From Eledone cirrhosa (taxonomy: Eukaryota), in the NCBI GenBank assembly GCA_964016885.1, contig OZ024745.1, positions 109,492,001-109,556,000 on the forward strand: 64,000 nt of DNA. The letters are read 5' to 3'. Under the pieces are notes generated by a model, which saw only the letters and a list, made by a program, of their open reading frames with translations, did not search any database and was not told where the DNA came from. The translations under genes were made by a program, and so were the position numbers. Of the stretch, positions 15,790 through 30,650 are shown piece by piece (within the stretch, counting starts at the first letter, position 1; each line of letters opens with the position of its first letter).

Positions 15790-16070
15790 AATAGCATAAA
15801 TGAACTACACAAGAGATTAGGCATAAGAGGGATCAGATGTGTGCAGGAGAGAAGATTGTGTTGGTATGGACACATGATGCATATGAAAGATGACAGCTGT
15901 ATAAAAAGGTGCAGAGCACTCAAAGTTGATGGTAGCCATTGAGTAGAATAGGCAGGCCTAGGAAGACTTGGAATGAGGTAATAAGAGCTGACTTTGCTCA
16001 ATTACACCTCACTAAAGCGATGACACAAGACCGTGACCTCTGGTGCTATGAAGTATTACAGAAGACCTGC
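15790..16070 (+). mobile_element. Degenerate RTE-clade LINE 3' fragment
   Basis: VQERRLCWYGHMMHMKDDSCIKRCRAL...GRPRKTWNEVIRAD...MTQDRDLW with frameshifts; homologous to 33750-33962. Confidence 0.75.
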
Positions 16071-16244
16071 CCTCTATTATTCTCAGGCTGAGGCATATAT
16101 CTAGTAGCCAATGCCATTCTCTACCATCTTCCCTCCCATACACCTACACTATACCTACATCCCCAATTTCCCAAAGCCTCTTCCCCACCTCTCCCAAGTT
16201 TCCAACCTCCTCTATAAAGTGATCCCCATGGAGCCACAACAAAA

Positions 16245-16420
16245 GAGTCCAACCCACTATAGTGGTCATGTAGGTGTCATGACAAAAGCGAGCGCCCAGT
16301 CTGCAATGTTAAGTGGTTGTGTAGGTGTCAAGACAAAAAGCACCCAGAAACACATACTGTAAATGAGGTTGGTGTTAGGAAGGGCATCCAACTGTAGAAA
16401 TCAAGCCAAATCAGTTCTGA
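16245..16420 (+). mobile_element. Diverged SINE 3' portion
   Basis: CTGTAAATGAGGTTGGTGTTAGGAAGGGCATCCAACTGTAGAAATCAAGCC as in family B. Confidence 0.7.
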
Positions 16421-18883
16421 GTGCGAAAAATTAAGGGCCCCCGACCTCATGCTTCACAAAGGGACAGCCCATCCTACCGATGCTAAATTCATTGATAATA
16501 TGTGTAAAAAATAATCAATTGTGAGCACCTTGGAGGTCAGATTGGGTGGTAGGCACACACACACACAGACACACACAGAAAAAAAAAAGAAAAGGGAAGA
16601 AAAATGTTCACACTGAGATCAAGGAGTAGGTGTTCTTCAATAAATTTAGCATGGTGTGATGTAGTATAGTGTAGTTTGGTATGGTGTGGTTTGGTGTAGT
16701 TTAATGTGGTGTGGTCTGCTTTGTTATAATGTGTTTCCCTCTAATATGAGGACTTTAATTTTCACTTTGATTTAAGTCAGAAAAACATTTTTTCCTTCAT
16801 TTTTTTCATTGCTATCAACTAATTCAACTTCCAAGATGTTCACAATCAACTATTTGTTTAGCATATTAACAACTAATATGATTTCCACTGCAATAAAAAA
16901 TGACTAGCTTTGTGAATTGTCTTTCCGCTCATTTTCCACCTTCTTTTTTTCTACAAAGCTAGTTATTTACAACAAGGAAGATCTGGATAGAAGTGGTGAG
17001 AGCTGATCTCAAATCGCTAAAGCTAACAGAACAGATGACAAAGGAATGTGACAAGTGGAGAGATGTTGCACTGAAAAGGATACATCCAACCCATATGAGT
17101 TTGGAGCAACAGGCGTAAAATTATGATGATGATGATGATATTGTTGTTTTAATATCGTTGTTAGTTGATTGTCAGTGTTGTATTTTATGACTGCATTCAA
17201 CGAATTATGGTGTAATCAGCCTTAAGCACTCCACTGCTCTAAATAAGATCTGGTATCACCTATACCAGTATTCAATGGAGTTTTAGTAGGTTAGTAAATA
17301 TGAAGAGATGGTTTTACATTTCCATACCTCAATTTATTAAATAACAACCACCATGTACATCTTAGAGGGATTAGACAAGTTACATAAGTCTAACACATCA
17401 CCATCAGACAGGAATTATTAAGGCATATGATATGCAGACTCTGGGACATGAGATGTTGACTGTCCAAATTGGAGAAAAAGTACTCAATAGATGTACAATT
17501 TCTTTCTAAAACTACTATAAACCTCTTGCTGAATAAACCCTTGTGTGATTGCACACAAACAAAAACATTCTGGCAGACAGGTTCTCTGTTGCTTATGGGA
17601 CAATAAAATGTATCCAGTCCATAGTGTAAGGTTGGTGGTATGAAGAGCATTTAGCCATAAAATCAATGCAAAATGAAAAATGATGCCATGGACAAGAACA
17701 GAGATCAGCTGTCATTTTCTTTATTAAATCTGCCAGAGGACAAAGGACTTTGACACACACACATATCCAACCCATGCCAGTATATAGGAGCAGATCTAAG
17801 ATGATAATGATGAACACACAAACACACACACATCTAAACAGACATATATACATACACTTACAAACATACACACACATATACATATATATACACCAATCTT
17901 TCTAAAAAATAGTTGAGAACACATTCTTTTCTTGTTTTTGTTGTTGTTGTTGTTGTTGTTTTGTTTGTTTAAAAGGTTTGGCGGGAGTCTAATAAAAAAA
18001 AACTGTCAGAAACAAACAAACAAACAAAAAAACCCCCAAAACAAAACAAAACAAAACAACCAAACAAATAACAAGACTAAAATACAAGAAGGAAATATGT
18101 CAGACCAAAAGATAAGGCACATATTGAAAATGATGTGAAACTAAACAGGATGAAGAAGCAAACTTGCTCCTTTTAAGGTAAAGAAGAAAGAACTGGCTTT
18201 TTTCGCTTGCAGACAGAAAGCTGAAGACCTGACCCTGCTCCAAGGAAGAAGCCCTTGCTTTCACAATAATTTCTCCCTCAACTTTGCTTATTTCACTTGA
18301 TATCTTTGAATCTTAATTCTCACTCTCACTTCCACTCTCTCACTCTCTCTCTCACTCTCACTCTCTCTCGATCTCATTCTCTCCCCCTCCTCCCACCCCT
18401 CACTCTCTTTCTTACTCTCTTTATTTTTTCTCTCTGCATGTGTTTGCAAGATAGAGAAGAGAAATTTTGTGACTTGTAAAACAAACATGGAATGGTGGGA
18501 TGTGGTGGATATGGTGGGATGAGGTGGATGTGGTGATGGTGGGATGGGGGGGGGGATGGGAAGGGGGGGGGGGGGGGTAGGTAAGTAAGAGACACAGGAG
18601 GAGGAGGGGGATGAGGAAGAGGAGAAGGAGGAGGAGGAGGAGGAGGAGGAGGAGGAGAAAGAAACTATAGTAACACTTCCATGTCAACATATCCGTTGAT
18701 AGAGCAGTCGTGCGCACACTGAGGTATGCAAGCTGCAGCATCGCAGCTGTGTTTGTATTGATTACCACCCCACCACCCCACCGCCCCACTGCCCTCTCTT
18801 GCTAGATTCCTCAAATGTGACAAACACAAACAGCTTCACGTCTCATTTGTTACATTTTACTTCACTGATGAAGGTGAGGGGCA

Positions 18884-20573
18884 GGTAGTGGTGGTGGTGG
18901 TGGTGGTAGTGGTGGTAGTGGTGGTGGTAGTGGTGGTAGTAGTGGTATTGGTAGTAGTAGTGCTGGTGGTGGTAGTGATAGTGGTGGTGGTAGTGGTGGT
19001 AGCAGTAGTGGTATTGGTAGTAGTAGTGCTGGTGGTGGTAGTGGTGGTTGTAGTAGTGGTAGTAGTGGTAGTGGTAGTGGTGGTTGTAGTAGTGGTAGTG
19101 GTAGTAGTGCTGGTGGTGGTAGTGGTGGTAGTAGTAGTGGTATTGGTAGTAGTAGTGCTGGTGGTGGTATTGGTAGTAGTAGTGCTGGTGGTGGTAGTGG
19201 TAGTGGTAGTGGTGGTTGTAGTAGTGGTAGTAGTGGTAGTGGTAGTGGTGGTTGTAGTAGTGGTAGTGGTAGTAGTGGTGGTGGTGGTAGTGGTGGTAGT
19301 AGTAGTGGTATTGGTAGTAGTAGTGCTGGTGGTGGTAGTGATAGTGGTAGTGGTGGTAGTAGTAGTGGTATTGGTAGTAGTAGTGCTGGTAGTGGTAGTG
19401 GTGGTGGCAGTGGTGGTAGTAGTAGTGGTATTGGTAGTAGTAGTGCTGGTGGTGGTAGTGGTAGTGGTGGTGGTAATGGTGGTAGTAGTAGTGGTATTGG
19501 TAGTAGTAGTGCTGGTGGTGGTAGTGATAGTGGTGGTGGTAGTGGTGGTAGTAGTAGTGGTATTGGTAGTAGTGGTAGTGGTGGTTGTGGTAGTGGTAGT
19601 AGTGGTAGTAGTAGTGGTGGTTGTAATAGTGGTAGTGGTAGTGGTGGTGGTAGTGGTGGTATTGGTAGCAGTAGTAGTGGTAGTGGTGGTAGTGGTAGTA
19701 GTGGTGGTAGTGGTGGTATTGGTAGCAGTAGTAGTGGTGGTGGTGGTAGTGGTAGTGGTGGTATTGGTAGTAGTAGTGCTGGTGGTGGTAGTAGTAGTGG
19801 TGGTTGTAGTAGTGCTGGTAGTGGTTGTGGTAGTGGTAGTGGTGGTGGTAGTGTTGGTATTGTTAGCAGTAGTGCTGGTGGTGGTAGTAGTAGTGCTGGT
19901 GGTGGTAGTAGTGGTGGTTGTAGTAGTGGTGGTGGTTGTAGTAGTGGTGGTGGTGGTAGTAGTAGTGGTGGTTGGCGTAGTACTGGTAGTGGTAGTAGTA
20001 GTGCTGGTAGTGGTAGTGCTGGTAGTGGTAGTGGTGGTGGTGGTGGTAGTAGTGTTGGTGGTGTTGGTGCTGGTGGTGGTTGTAGTATGGGTGGTGGTGT
20101 TTGTAGTAGTGGTGGTGGTTGTAGTGGTGGTAGTAGTAGTGGTAGTGGTAGTGGTGGTGGTAGTAGTGCTGGTGGTGGTTGTAGTAGTGCAGGTGATGGT
20201 AGCGGTAGTAGTAGTAGTGCTGGTGGTGGTTGTAGTAGTGGTGGTGGTAGTTGTAGTACGGGTGGTGGTGGTTGTAGTAGTGGTGCTAGTGGTAGTAGTA
20301 GTAGTAATGCTGGTGGTGGTTGTAGTAGTGGTGGTGGTGGTTGTAGTAGTGGTGGTGGTAGTAGTAGTGCTGGTAGTAGTGGTAGTAGTAGTAGTAGTGT
20401 TGGTGGTGGTTGTAGTACGGGTGGTGGTGGTTGTAGTAGTGGTAGTGGTTGTAGTAGTGGTGGTGGTTGTAGTAGTGATGGTAGTGGTAGTAGTAGTGGT
20501 GGTAGTAGTAACAGTGGTAGTAGTAGTGTTGGTGGATGTAGTATTGGTGGTAGTAGTAATGCCTGTGGTGGTT

Positions 20574-20610
<37 letters not shown>

Positions 20611-20620
20611 CAGCAGCAGC

Positions 20621-20664
<44 letters not shown>

Positions 20665-20665
20665 C
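18884..20665. repeat. 1.8-kb compound (GGT/AGT)n triplet repeat
   Basis: GTA/GTG triplets with a recurrent GGTATTGGTAGTAGTAGTGCTGGT cassette, locally at 60-bp spacing (about 19307, 19367, 19427). Confidence 0.95.
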
Positions 20666-20849
20666 AGAAGTGGTTGCCCTACCTTGCCTCCTTGTTGATT
20701 TTAAAAATGTTTTTATCAAAATTTTGCCTCCTTCTCTATTTAGATATTTATCATTTTGGGTAATGACAAATTTATAAACAAAAAAAATTGTATTTTTAAA
20801 CTCTGCGAGTGTGTGTGTAAGAGTGAAGGCATGTGTAAGCGTTTGTCTG

Positions 20850-21880
<1,031 letters not shown>

Positions 21881-22089
21881 ACAACACATAATATATCACA
21901 TTTCATCACATATCATTTATAGTAGTACGCATTTTGCCACAACAGAAAATTGCTAATCTTCAAATCATACTGTAATAAACTAACTTATACAACATACAGT
22001 CATATGACTTATTCTAAACTAACACAGCATAGTACAATAACATCATAACACAGTAATGAAATGTCCTGTACAGATGTTATATTTCATTA

Positions 22090-22235
22090 TTCCAGCATGG
22101 TTACGTCCCTTTACGATCTGAGTTCAAATCCCGTCGAGGTTAACTTTGCCTTTCATCCTTACGGGGTTCATAAAATAAAGTACCAGTAATGCACTGGGTA
22201 ATTGCTGGCCTTGTACCAAAAGTAGAAACAATTAT
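22090..22235 (+). mobile_element. SINE family A, 5'-truncated (short form)
   Basis: Matches about 34903-35048. Confidence 0.85.
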
Positions 22236-23417
22236 ATATATAATACACAATATGACATAACTCAGTATTTATATATAAACTTGAGCGACTTCCGTCTGTC
22301 CGTCACGCAGTGTGTGTGTGTGTGTGTGTTTGTTTGTGTGAATGTATGTGTGTGTAAACGGAAGGAAGGAAGGGGATGGGAAAAAAACTATAGCATAACA
22401 GCAGATGAGGTTCCATTTGCTATGCTGTGTGTGAGTGTATGTGTATGTGTGTGTTTGTGTGAATGTATGTGTATTTGTGTGAATGTATGCCTGTGAGTGT
22501 GTTTTTTTTGTAAGTGTGTCTGTGTTTGTGAGTTTATATTTATATACTCATACATATAAATGTATGAATATGCACACACACACTCACACACATACACACA
22601 CACATGTGTGTGTGTATGTGTGTGTATGAAAAAAATCATAGTATTTACATATGATCTAATGAAAGAGCCATTATTTAGTCATTTGACCTGCTAGAAAAAG
22701 CAACCAAATTTCCCTCAACCTACCCTTTTCTACCATCTTAAAATAATAGATGTTAGGAAGTGCATCCAACTATAGAAACCAAGCCAAAAATAGAACATAT
22801 AAGCAAAATGTGGCTACCTAACCCAACTGACCAGAGAACATGGCAATTCATCTAACTCATTAAGCATTGAAAATAGATGTTAAATAGTGATGATGATGAT
22901 GATGATGATGATGATGAGATTACATAAGGTAGTCCTAGTTTCACATCAAAAGACTTGATGGTCATTGCTGGAATGTCTTTGAGTGTAGGTTAACCTAATC
23001 AGAATTGCCTTTAAGCTAAACAACAGCAGCCATACTATTCCATAGTTTGCCATATTAAATAATTGTGTACAAATGCCTTCTAGATATACTAAACAGCTAA
23101 TCAGTTATTCTACATCATATATTTGGTAAAGCCAGTCACTTAGAAAGCATTTTCCAATGTCGTATTCCATAGAATATCGGATCATTTGAACACTACTGAA
23201 CATTGAGTTGGTCTTCATCAACTGATTCAAAGAAATTTTCAGTTGAGCATGACAAGCCAACAAATTACCTATCAATGAAAATACTACCTGAATCACTGAG
23301 GAAGTATCTACTTAAGTGCTTCATGTGTTCAAAATATTCTTCATATTACAAAATGTTCTTCGTATTACACTCTACCATTTTAATTCTTAACACCCAGCAA
23401 AGTTCAGAAGAAGTTCA

Positions 23418-23850
23418 ATTCGGTTTTCATGCCAACCCTTACGTATGGTAGTGAATCTTGGGTAATGACCGAAAGAATACGATCGCGAATACAAGCAGCT
23501 GAAATGGGATTCCTCTGAAGGGTCTTTCAAGTAATGTTACCTGATAAAGTGTGTAGCTCGGAGATCAGAGAGTCACTCTAGGTAGAGCTGCTACTTCTCC
23601 GAATTGAGAGATCACAGCTCCAATACTATGGGCATGTGGTTAGAATGTCTCAGGAAAGAATCGCTGGACAGATTTTATGGGCAAAGCCAGCCAGCAAGAG
23701 ACTCAGGGGTAGATGCCGTGCAAGATGGTTGGATAACATCCAGTCGGATCAGTTGGAGATCGTTGCTTCTGACAGAACCTGTTGGAGGGAGTGCTTAAGG
23801 ATTCTTCCCCCACAACCCTCACAGGAATAAGTGGGTCAAGAAGAAAATGA
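23418..23850 (+). mobile_element. RTE-clade LINE (Expander/Rex3-like) 3' fragment
   Basis: PTLTYGSESWVMTERIRSRIQAAEMGFL*R...LLLRIERSQLQYYGHVVRMSQER...RGRCRARWLDNI with internal stops. Confidence 0.85.
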
Positions 23851-24014
23851 AAACACCCAGCAATAATTTAGTAGAAAATATCTAAAAACCAGTTTGTCAA
23901 TTCAAATGTTTCTAATCCCTTTACTAATAGACAGAGCTGTGAAACATTGCAGTGTTAGGGTAAAGGATTGTATTTATAATGTGGTACAGTCACGGTGTTG
24001 TTTTGTACTTTTCA

Positions 24015-24170
24015 AGGAAGACCTGGGAGGTGGTGAGAGTTGATCACAAATTGCTGAAGCTTACAGAGAAGATGATGAAGAACTGCGATAAGTGGAAGAG
24101 TACTGTGTTAGAAAAGATCCATCGAACACATGCAAGCATGGAAAATCTGATATAAAACAGTGATGATGCG
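24015..24170 (+). mobile_element. Degenerate RTE LINE 3' end
   Basis: GGAAGACCTGGGAGGTGGTGAG ... CATGCAAGCATGGAAAA..TGATGATG tail, like 33721-33900. Confidence 0.55.
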
Positions 24171-24254
24171 AATGATATGATTGATGCTGCCACAATTTCT
24201 GGGTACATCTGAGAAATATTGTTCTTAAAATGGTATTCAAAGTAATGCTCTGAT

Positions 24255-24720
24255 CATGTCAGCTGTGGACATGCCTACAAAGTCAGAAAACAGCACAGCT
24301 CCCATGACTTTTGGAAAAAATGTTTCACACTCAGAGTTGCTGAAGCATGGAACAAACTACCTGCATCAGTTGTTAGCTGTCGAGACACTGCATCCTTCAA
24401 AACTTCCATGCTTCCCAAAATTTGCCAACACCATACCTGATATCCCCCCTCCATACACACGTACACATGTATGTGTGTGCATATCATGACACATACACTG
24501 TTCATTTTCCTAACATTTGCACATTATTCTATGTACTATACATTCACCTTTGATGAGTTGCTGTGCACCTCAGAACTGTACACAATAATTTTCATTATAT
24601 CAGGACCCATGCACTGTTCACTTTCCTGAAATCTGTATATTATTCTATGTATTATACATACACCTTTGATGTATTGTAGTGCACCTGAGCACTGTACTGT
24701 ACACAATAATTTCTATTATT
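24255..24720 (+). mobile_element. CR1/L2-clade LINE 3' end with duplicated 3'UTR
   Basis: KVRKQHSSHDFWKKCFTLRVAEAWNKLPASVVSCRDTASFKT (RV..WN.LP..VV...FK motif); 24495-24598 is repeated at 24612-24718. Confidence 0.8.
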
Positions 24721-25009
24721 GTTATATTTATAATTTTATATTCCCTTTACACTAACTATACAAACCAAGTTACCAAACATAGAGATTACACAAGGAAACA
24801 TTATCATATTTATAATCAATGCTAGAAAAGTTAGTCTTTATCAGACAATGAATCTTGTGAAGAGTCATCTCCTAGAATTCAATCAAATTATCATGTACAA
24901 ATTATTTTACCCTTTAAAAAAAATGATTACGTTCTGACTTATGTACAATTCCAGAAACTGACAAGAGTAACCAGACACAGCTCTTGGTACTATAGAAATG
25001 AAAACGCAA

Positions 25010-25039
25010 TCACACACACAAGCAAACATGCACACACAG

Positions 25040-25113
<74 letters not shown>

Positions 25114-25325
25114 AAAAAGGCAAATATGCACACACAAACACACAAACACACACAGAGATACACACACACAAAAAAGCAAACACACACACACACAGATACA
25201 CACATATACACACACACACACAAAAAAAAAGCAAATACGCACAAACACAGATACAGATACACACACACAGACAGATACAGATACATACACAGATACATAC
25301 ACACACAAACACACGCACACACACA

Positions 25326-25356
<31 letters not shown>

Positions 25357-25372
25357 CTACACACAGAGATAG

Positions 25373-25403
<31 letters not shown>

Positions 25404-25420
25404 TACACACATACACACAC
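25010..25420. repeat. (CA)n compound microsatellite
   Basis: Directly visible. Confidence 0.95.
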
Positions 25421-26124
25421 AGAAAAGAATCAAATGAAACTATAATCAAAAGTATGCATTTTTAAAAATACTTATAATAGTCATTGAGAAATGTTTTACT
25501 GTTTTCTTCCCAAATAAACAAATGTCCAGACAAGAACAACAACTCCGTATGACCTAAACTCCTCCACAGTTTGGAAAGAGTAAAGAGAGAGATTAGAAAG
25601 AAAGAGGGAAAGAAAGATAGAAAGAAGTAAAGAGAGAAAGAAAGGAAAGAAGAAAGAAAGAAGAGAAAAAAGTAACAAACAAATATAAAAACTAACAGCA
25701 AGACCAAAGCAAAGAAATCTATAAGAATTTGTCTGTCTGCAGTGTGATTGAATTCAAATTTTACATTTAATGCCTCAAATTTACGGTGTTGATTAATCAG
25801 AGAGCTCATAAATCCCACCATTGCTAAGTTTGGTTAATCGAAACTTTATGTCAGCCATAAATTTGTAACTTTAAATAAAAGTAATCAAACTACCATGATG
25901 TGGCATCATGATGGTGGTGGTTGTATTGGTGGTGAGGGTGAAGGTAGTGGTGAATGTGATGGTGGTGGTGGTGGTGGTGGTGATGGTGGTGGTGGTGGTG
26001 GTGGTGGTGATGGTGGTGGTGGTGATGGTGGTGGTGATGGTGATGGTGGTGGTGGTAGTGGTGGTGGTGGTGTTGGTGGAAACCTAATGGTAGGTGCAAA
26101 GCTCAGACCTTTGCTCTCAACTTT

Positions 26125-26622
26125 CACTATATAGTACCTCACCACTATATAGTAACTCACCACTATATAGTACCTCACCACTATATAGTACCTCACCACT
26201 ATATAGTACCTCACCACTATATAGTAACTCACCACTATATAGTACCTCACCACTATATAGTAACTCACCACTATATAGTACCTCACCACTATATAGTACC
26301 TCACCACTATATAGTACCTCACCACTATATAGTACCCCATCACTATATAGTACCCCACCACTATATAGTACCTCACCACTATATAGTAACTCACCACTAT
26401 ATAGTACCTCACCACTATATAGTACCTCACCACTATATAGTACCTCACCACTATATAGTACTTCACCACTATATAGTACCTCACCACTATATAGTACCTC
26501 ACCACTATATAGTACCTCACGACTATATAGTACTTCACCACTATATAGTACCTCACCACTATATAGTACCTCACCACTATATAGTACCTCACCAAGATAT
26601 AGTACCTCACCACTATATAGTA
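26125..26622. repeat. 18-bp minisatellite CACTATATAGTACCTCAC, about 27.7 copies
   Basis: Uninterrupted 18-bp period with only single-base variants. Confidence 0.97.
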
Positions 26623-27174
26623 TTGGTGGTATTGATGTGGTAGTGGTGGTGATGGTAGCTGGGGAGTTATTGGTGGTGGTGATGGAGGTGGTGGTGGTGT
26701 TGGTGACAATGGTAATGGTGGTGTTGTTGGTGGTGGTAGCTGGTGGTATTGGTGGTGCTGGTGGTATTGGTGGTGGTGGTGCTGGTGGTGGTGTTGGTGA
26801 TATTGGTGGTGGTGATAGTGGTGGTGGTGGTAACAATGGTAATGGTGGTGTTGGTGACAATGGTAATGGTGGTGTTGGTGGTGATGGTAGCTGGTGGTGG
26901 TGGTGGTGTTGTGATGGTTGTAGTGATGTTAGTGGTGATGGTAGCTGTGGTGGTATTGGTGGTATTGGTGGTGGTGGTGGTGGTAGTTGTTATGGTGAGG
27001 GTGGTGGATGTGGTGCTGTTGGTGATGATGATGGTTGTGGTGATGTTGGTGATGGTTGTGGTGTTGATCATTGTGATGTTGATGATGATTGTGGTGGTGG
27101 TATTGGTGGTGATGGTGATGGTGATGGTGGTGGATGTGATGGTGATGGTAGTGGCTGTGGTGGTGATGAGGGGG

Positions 27175-27402
27175 TGGTGGTGATGGTAGTGGCCATGGTG
27201 GTGATGGTGGTTATGGTGGTGATAGTAGTGGCCATAGTGGCGATGGTGGTTATGGTGGTGATGGTAGTGGCCATGGTGGTGATGGTGGTTATGGTGGTGA
27301 TGGTAGTGGCCATGGAGGTGGTGGTGGTTATGGTGGTGATGGTAGTGGCCATGGTGGTGATGGTGGTTATGGTGGTGATGGTAGTGGCCATGGTGGTGAT
27401 GG
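27175..27402. repeat. 39-bp minisatellite, about 6 copies
   Basis: AT(G/A)GTAGTGGCCAT at 27183, 27222, 27261, 27300, 27339 and 27378. Confidence 0.9.
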
Positions 27403-28096
27403 AGGTGGTGGTGGTGGTGGTGGTGGTGGTGGTGGTGATGGTCAGGAGTAAGATATAAGACATTATTGACTTAGAGGCGTCACTGATAATTTACACACAA
27501 AGGTCAAGAACAATATAATTTAGAGACTGACAGATAAGAAATATAAGAGGAGTTATGGTGGAAATGCCTCCTAGACCATTGCTTTAAACAGAACTGATAT
27601 TGTACCCACAGACATATAATTTCAGATATTTGATAAATTCAAAACTTTACTTATATTAATACAAATTACACCCAGTAGAGGTATCCATCTGTAGGAATCA
27701 TGCCAAAAAGGGTTTGGAGGACTCCTCCTTGAGTCAAGAGCAGAACAACCTCTCTAGTGTTGGTGGCATGATAAAATACACCAAGTAAATTAGGTGTAGT
27801 GGTTGGTGATAGGAAGGGCATCATTTTATAGAAAACATGCAAAACAAGGTGTAGTGAGGACTCTTCAGTTGTGTCAAGGACATGGTGACCTCCCCTTGTA
27901 CTGGTGTCATGATAAATTGCATGGTGAATTCCATAGAATGTGGGAACATATTTAAGTGAGATGAAATCCCAGCCCATCTAAGAGATTATTGTCCCTGATT
28001 AAGTACTAATTTGGTCTGTGATGACCCATCAAGCCCTTGCTAGCAGGGAAAATAGACTTTAAATAATGATGTTGATCCTATTATTTGAAACACTTG

Positions 28097-28311
28097 GGGG
28101 GTGGATTGGCAGTATTGGTAGAGCATCAGATAACATGTTTTGTGGCATAGAGTTAAGCCTCTTTACGTTCTGAGTTCAAATCTCACTGAGGTTAGCTTTG
28201 ACTTTCATCCGTACACGGTCGATAAAATAAAGTACCAGTATTGCACTGAGGTCAATTTAATTGACCCCTTCTCCCAAATTGCTGGCCTTATGCCAAAGTA
28301 GAAATCATTAT
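28097..28311 (+). mobile_element. SINE family A (long form)
   Basis: Full head, core and tail homology to 7880-8093. Confidence 0.85.
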
Positions 28312-28345
28312 TTAAAACACTTAATATCTCCATTATTGTTCTTGA

Positions 28346-28411
28346 CTGATACCTCAAACCAATTATAATATTCACCAACTGATACCTCAAACCAATTATA
28401 ATATTCACCAA
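28346..28411. repeat. 33-bp direct tandem duplication
   Basis: CTGATACCTCAAACCAATTATAATATTCACCAA x2. Confidence 0.9.
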
Positions 28412-28627
28412 CACTATAATTAATTATTTCTCAATTACAATGACCTTTACAAACTTCAGATTTTATAAGCAACAAACAGCTACATCTTCAATCTCTCTCT
28501 ACCTCCTTTCTTTACACATATACATACATCTACTTTGTGTATCTCATGTTGTTCTGATTTCCTATATTATGAAAACTCTAAAAGCTATCATGCTACCTAC
28601 CACAAGCATCTTTGTGCTCATGTAACT

Positions 28628-28800
28628 TATGGTATTTTCTGGCACCGAATACTCTTCATCCTTGAGGATGCACCCTAATTTTGACAACCAAAAATTTGAA
28701 AAAAACATAATAAACAACCTTCGGCCTCCAGTATTCATTTTAGATTTCTGAGACTTATTTTAGGGAAAAAGTATCATCTTTGACACCGGGAAATACGATA
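28628..28800. mobile_element. Possible degenerate pogo/Tigger-like MITE
   Basis: Imperfect inverted ends TATGGTATTTTCTGGCACC / GACACCGGGAAATACGATA. Confidence 0.35.
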
Positions 28801-29113
28801 GTTTCTTTCTGATCTTTTATAACTGGCTCAAAATGTTGGAACATTTTTCAAGATGTTTTATTTCATATCTCAAATATTAGCAGAGATTTTGAAAGTCTCA
28901 ACAAAATTGTCTACAAAAGAAGCATGGATGAATGGATGGATGACCTTGTAACTACTGATGGAATCATAGGGGGTGCCATATTGACATATGGCGTTTCTAG
29001 GATGTTTTTTAAAACTTGACACAGCCCATCTCCTCCCCAGGTCTGAACACAGAAAGTTTCTTCCAGAGAAGGAGAGAGAGAGAGAGAGAGGGAGAGAGAG
29101 AGAGAGGGAGAGA

Positions 29114-29190
<77 letters not shown>

Positions 29191-29969
29191 GAAGTGAGAA
29201 AGAGATATAGAAGAATAATTGACATCAGTATTTGACTGGTACATTTTTATCGACCTTGAATGGATGAAAGGTAAAGTTGACCTCGGTGGGATTTGAACTC
29301 AGACAGCTGGAACAAATACTGCAAATCATTCTTTCAGAGTTCTATGACTCTGTCGATTCAGAAGTATGATCTAAGTTAACCGAATAAAAGCACCAGCAAT
29401 TATATAGATCTTGTAGCATATATCAATAATTCATGAGCAGCCTCATGTCTTATGACTTCTTCATTCCAAAAATACAATACAAAAGTTAATACATCTGAAA
29501 ATTTAAGTTCAGCTTGATTTGAGCTGCATTTTTGAACTGCACTGTTTTGTTCAATGTTGTTCTTTAGCCACAGGTCAGTTCAGCTGAAGCAGATCTATAT
29601 CATATAGGTATTTAGTCTGCAAGTTCAATTTTCATTTTATTGAGATTCCAGCTATGATCATCCTGTTTTCACTTCTAGTAAAAATGTATCAATGGGCTTG
29701 TCAATGCTTTTGTTTAACTCTAAGTAAGCTTTGACCGTCATTGATGTTGATACAGCTCAAACATGCATAGATTTAGGGAGCCTCCTGTGAGGTTGCATTT
29801 CAGAAGAGGTTTCTTTGATGTTTTAATGATGTCAGTATTTTGTCAATGATTGTTATAATCATGATATTTTCCCCCAGTGACTCAGAATGCTCAAAACTAG
29901 AACATTTACTGCAATTGTGTCCATACAGCTCCCTAAACTGGTACTTTATTTATTGACCTCAAAAGATTT

Positions 29970-30272
29970 TTCTTCTTTTCCAACTTATTCCTGGGAGGGT
30001 TGTGGGGGGGAAGAGTCCTCAAACACTCCTTCTAGTGGGTCCTGTCAGAAGCAACCATCTCCAACTGATCTGGCTGGATCCCCAGCCAAGCTCATGGATG
30101 TTATCCAACCATCTTGCTTGGGGTCTCTCTCTGGGTCTCTTGCCGACTGGTTTTGCCTATAAAATCTGTCCAGCGATTCTTTCCAAACACATGCCCACAG
30201 TATCAGAGCTGTGATCTCTCAATTTGGAGAAGTAGTGGCTCTACCTGGAGTAACTCTCTGATCTCCGAGCTG
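29970..30272 (-). mobile_element. RTE-clade LINE 3' fragment, same family as 23418-23850
   Basis: Reverse complement aligns to 23555-23850 (GCTCGGAGATCAGAGAG...GAAAGAATCGCTGGACAGATTTTAT...GATGGTTGGATAACATCC). Confidence 0.85.
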
Positions 30273-30462
30273 AATGTAGTAGGATTTGAACTCAGAGCAC
30301 ATAAAACCAGCACAAATACCACAATGCTTTTAATCTGAAGCTAATAACTCAGCCAATTTGCTACCTTCAGTCAAGATATTCAAGCAATAACCATCCAGTA
30401 CTATTTTTACAATTAATTCATAAAGAATTGGGAGGGATTTACTAATAGTATTCATTATTTGA

Positions 30463-30650
30463 TGTGGATTGGCAGTATCGGTAGAGGGTCGGACGCCATG
30501 CTTTCCAGCATAGTTACGTCCCTTTACGATCTGAGTTCAAATCCCGCTGAGGTTGACTTTACCTTTCATCCTTACGGGGTCGATAAAATAAAGTACCAGT
30601 AATGCACTGGGTAATTGCTGGCGTTGTGCCTAAAGTAGAAACAATTATTT
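30463..30650 (+). mobile_element. SINE family A (short form)
   Basis: Near-identical to 34859-35050. Confidence 0.9.

Larger units (their letters stand above)
25908..27441. repeat. (GGT/GAT)n low-complexity tract hosting two minisatellites
   Basis: G-rich triplet tracts at 25908-26078 and 26623-27441. Confidence 0.9.

Noticed and set aside
18720-18750. let-7-like TGAGGTA with a small hairpin
   Set aside because: The match is limited to 7 nt and there is no pre-miRNA-length stem.
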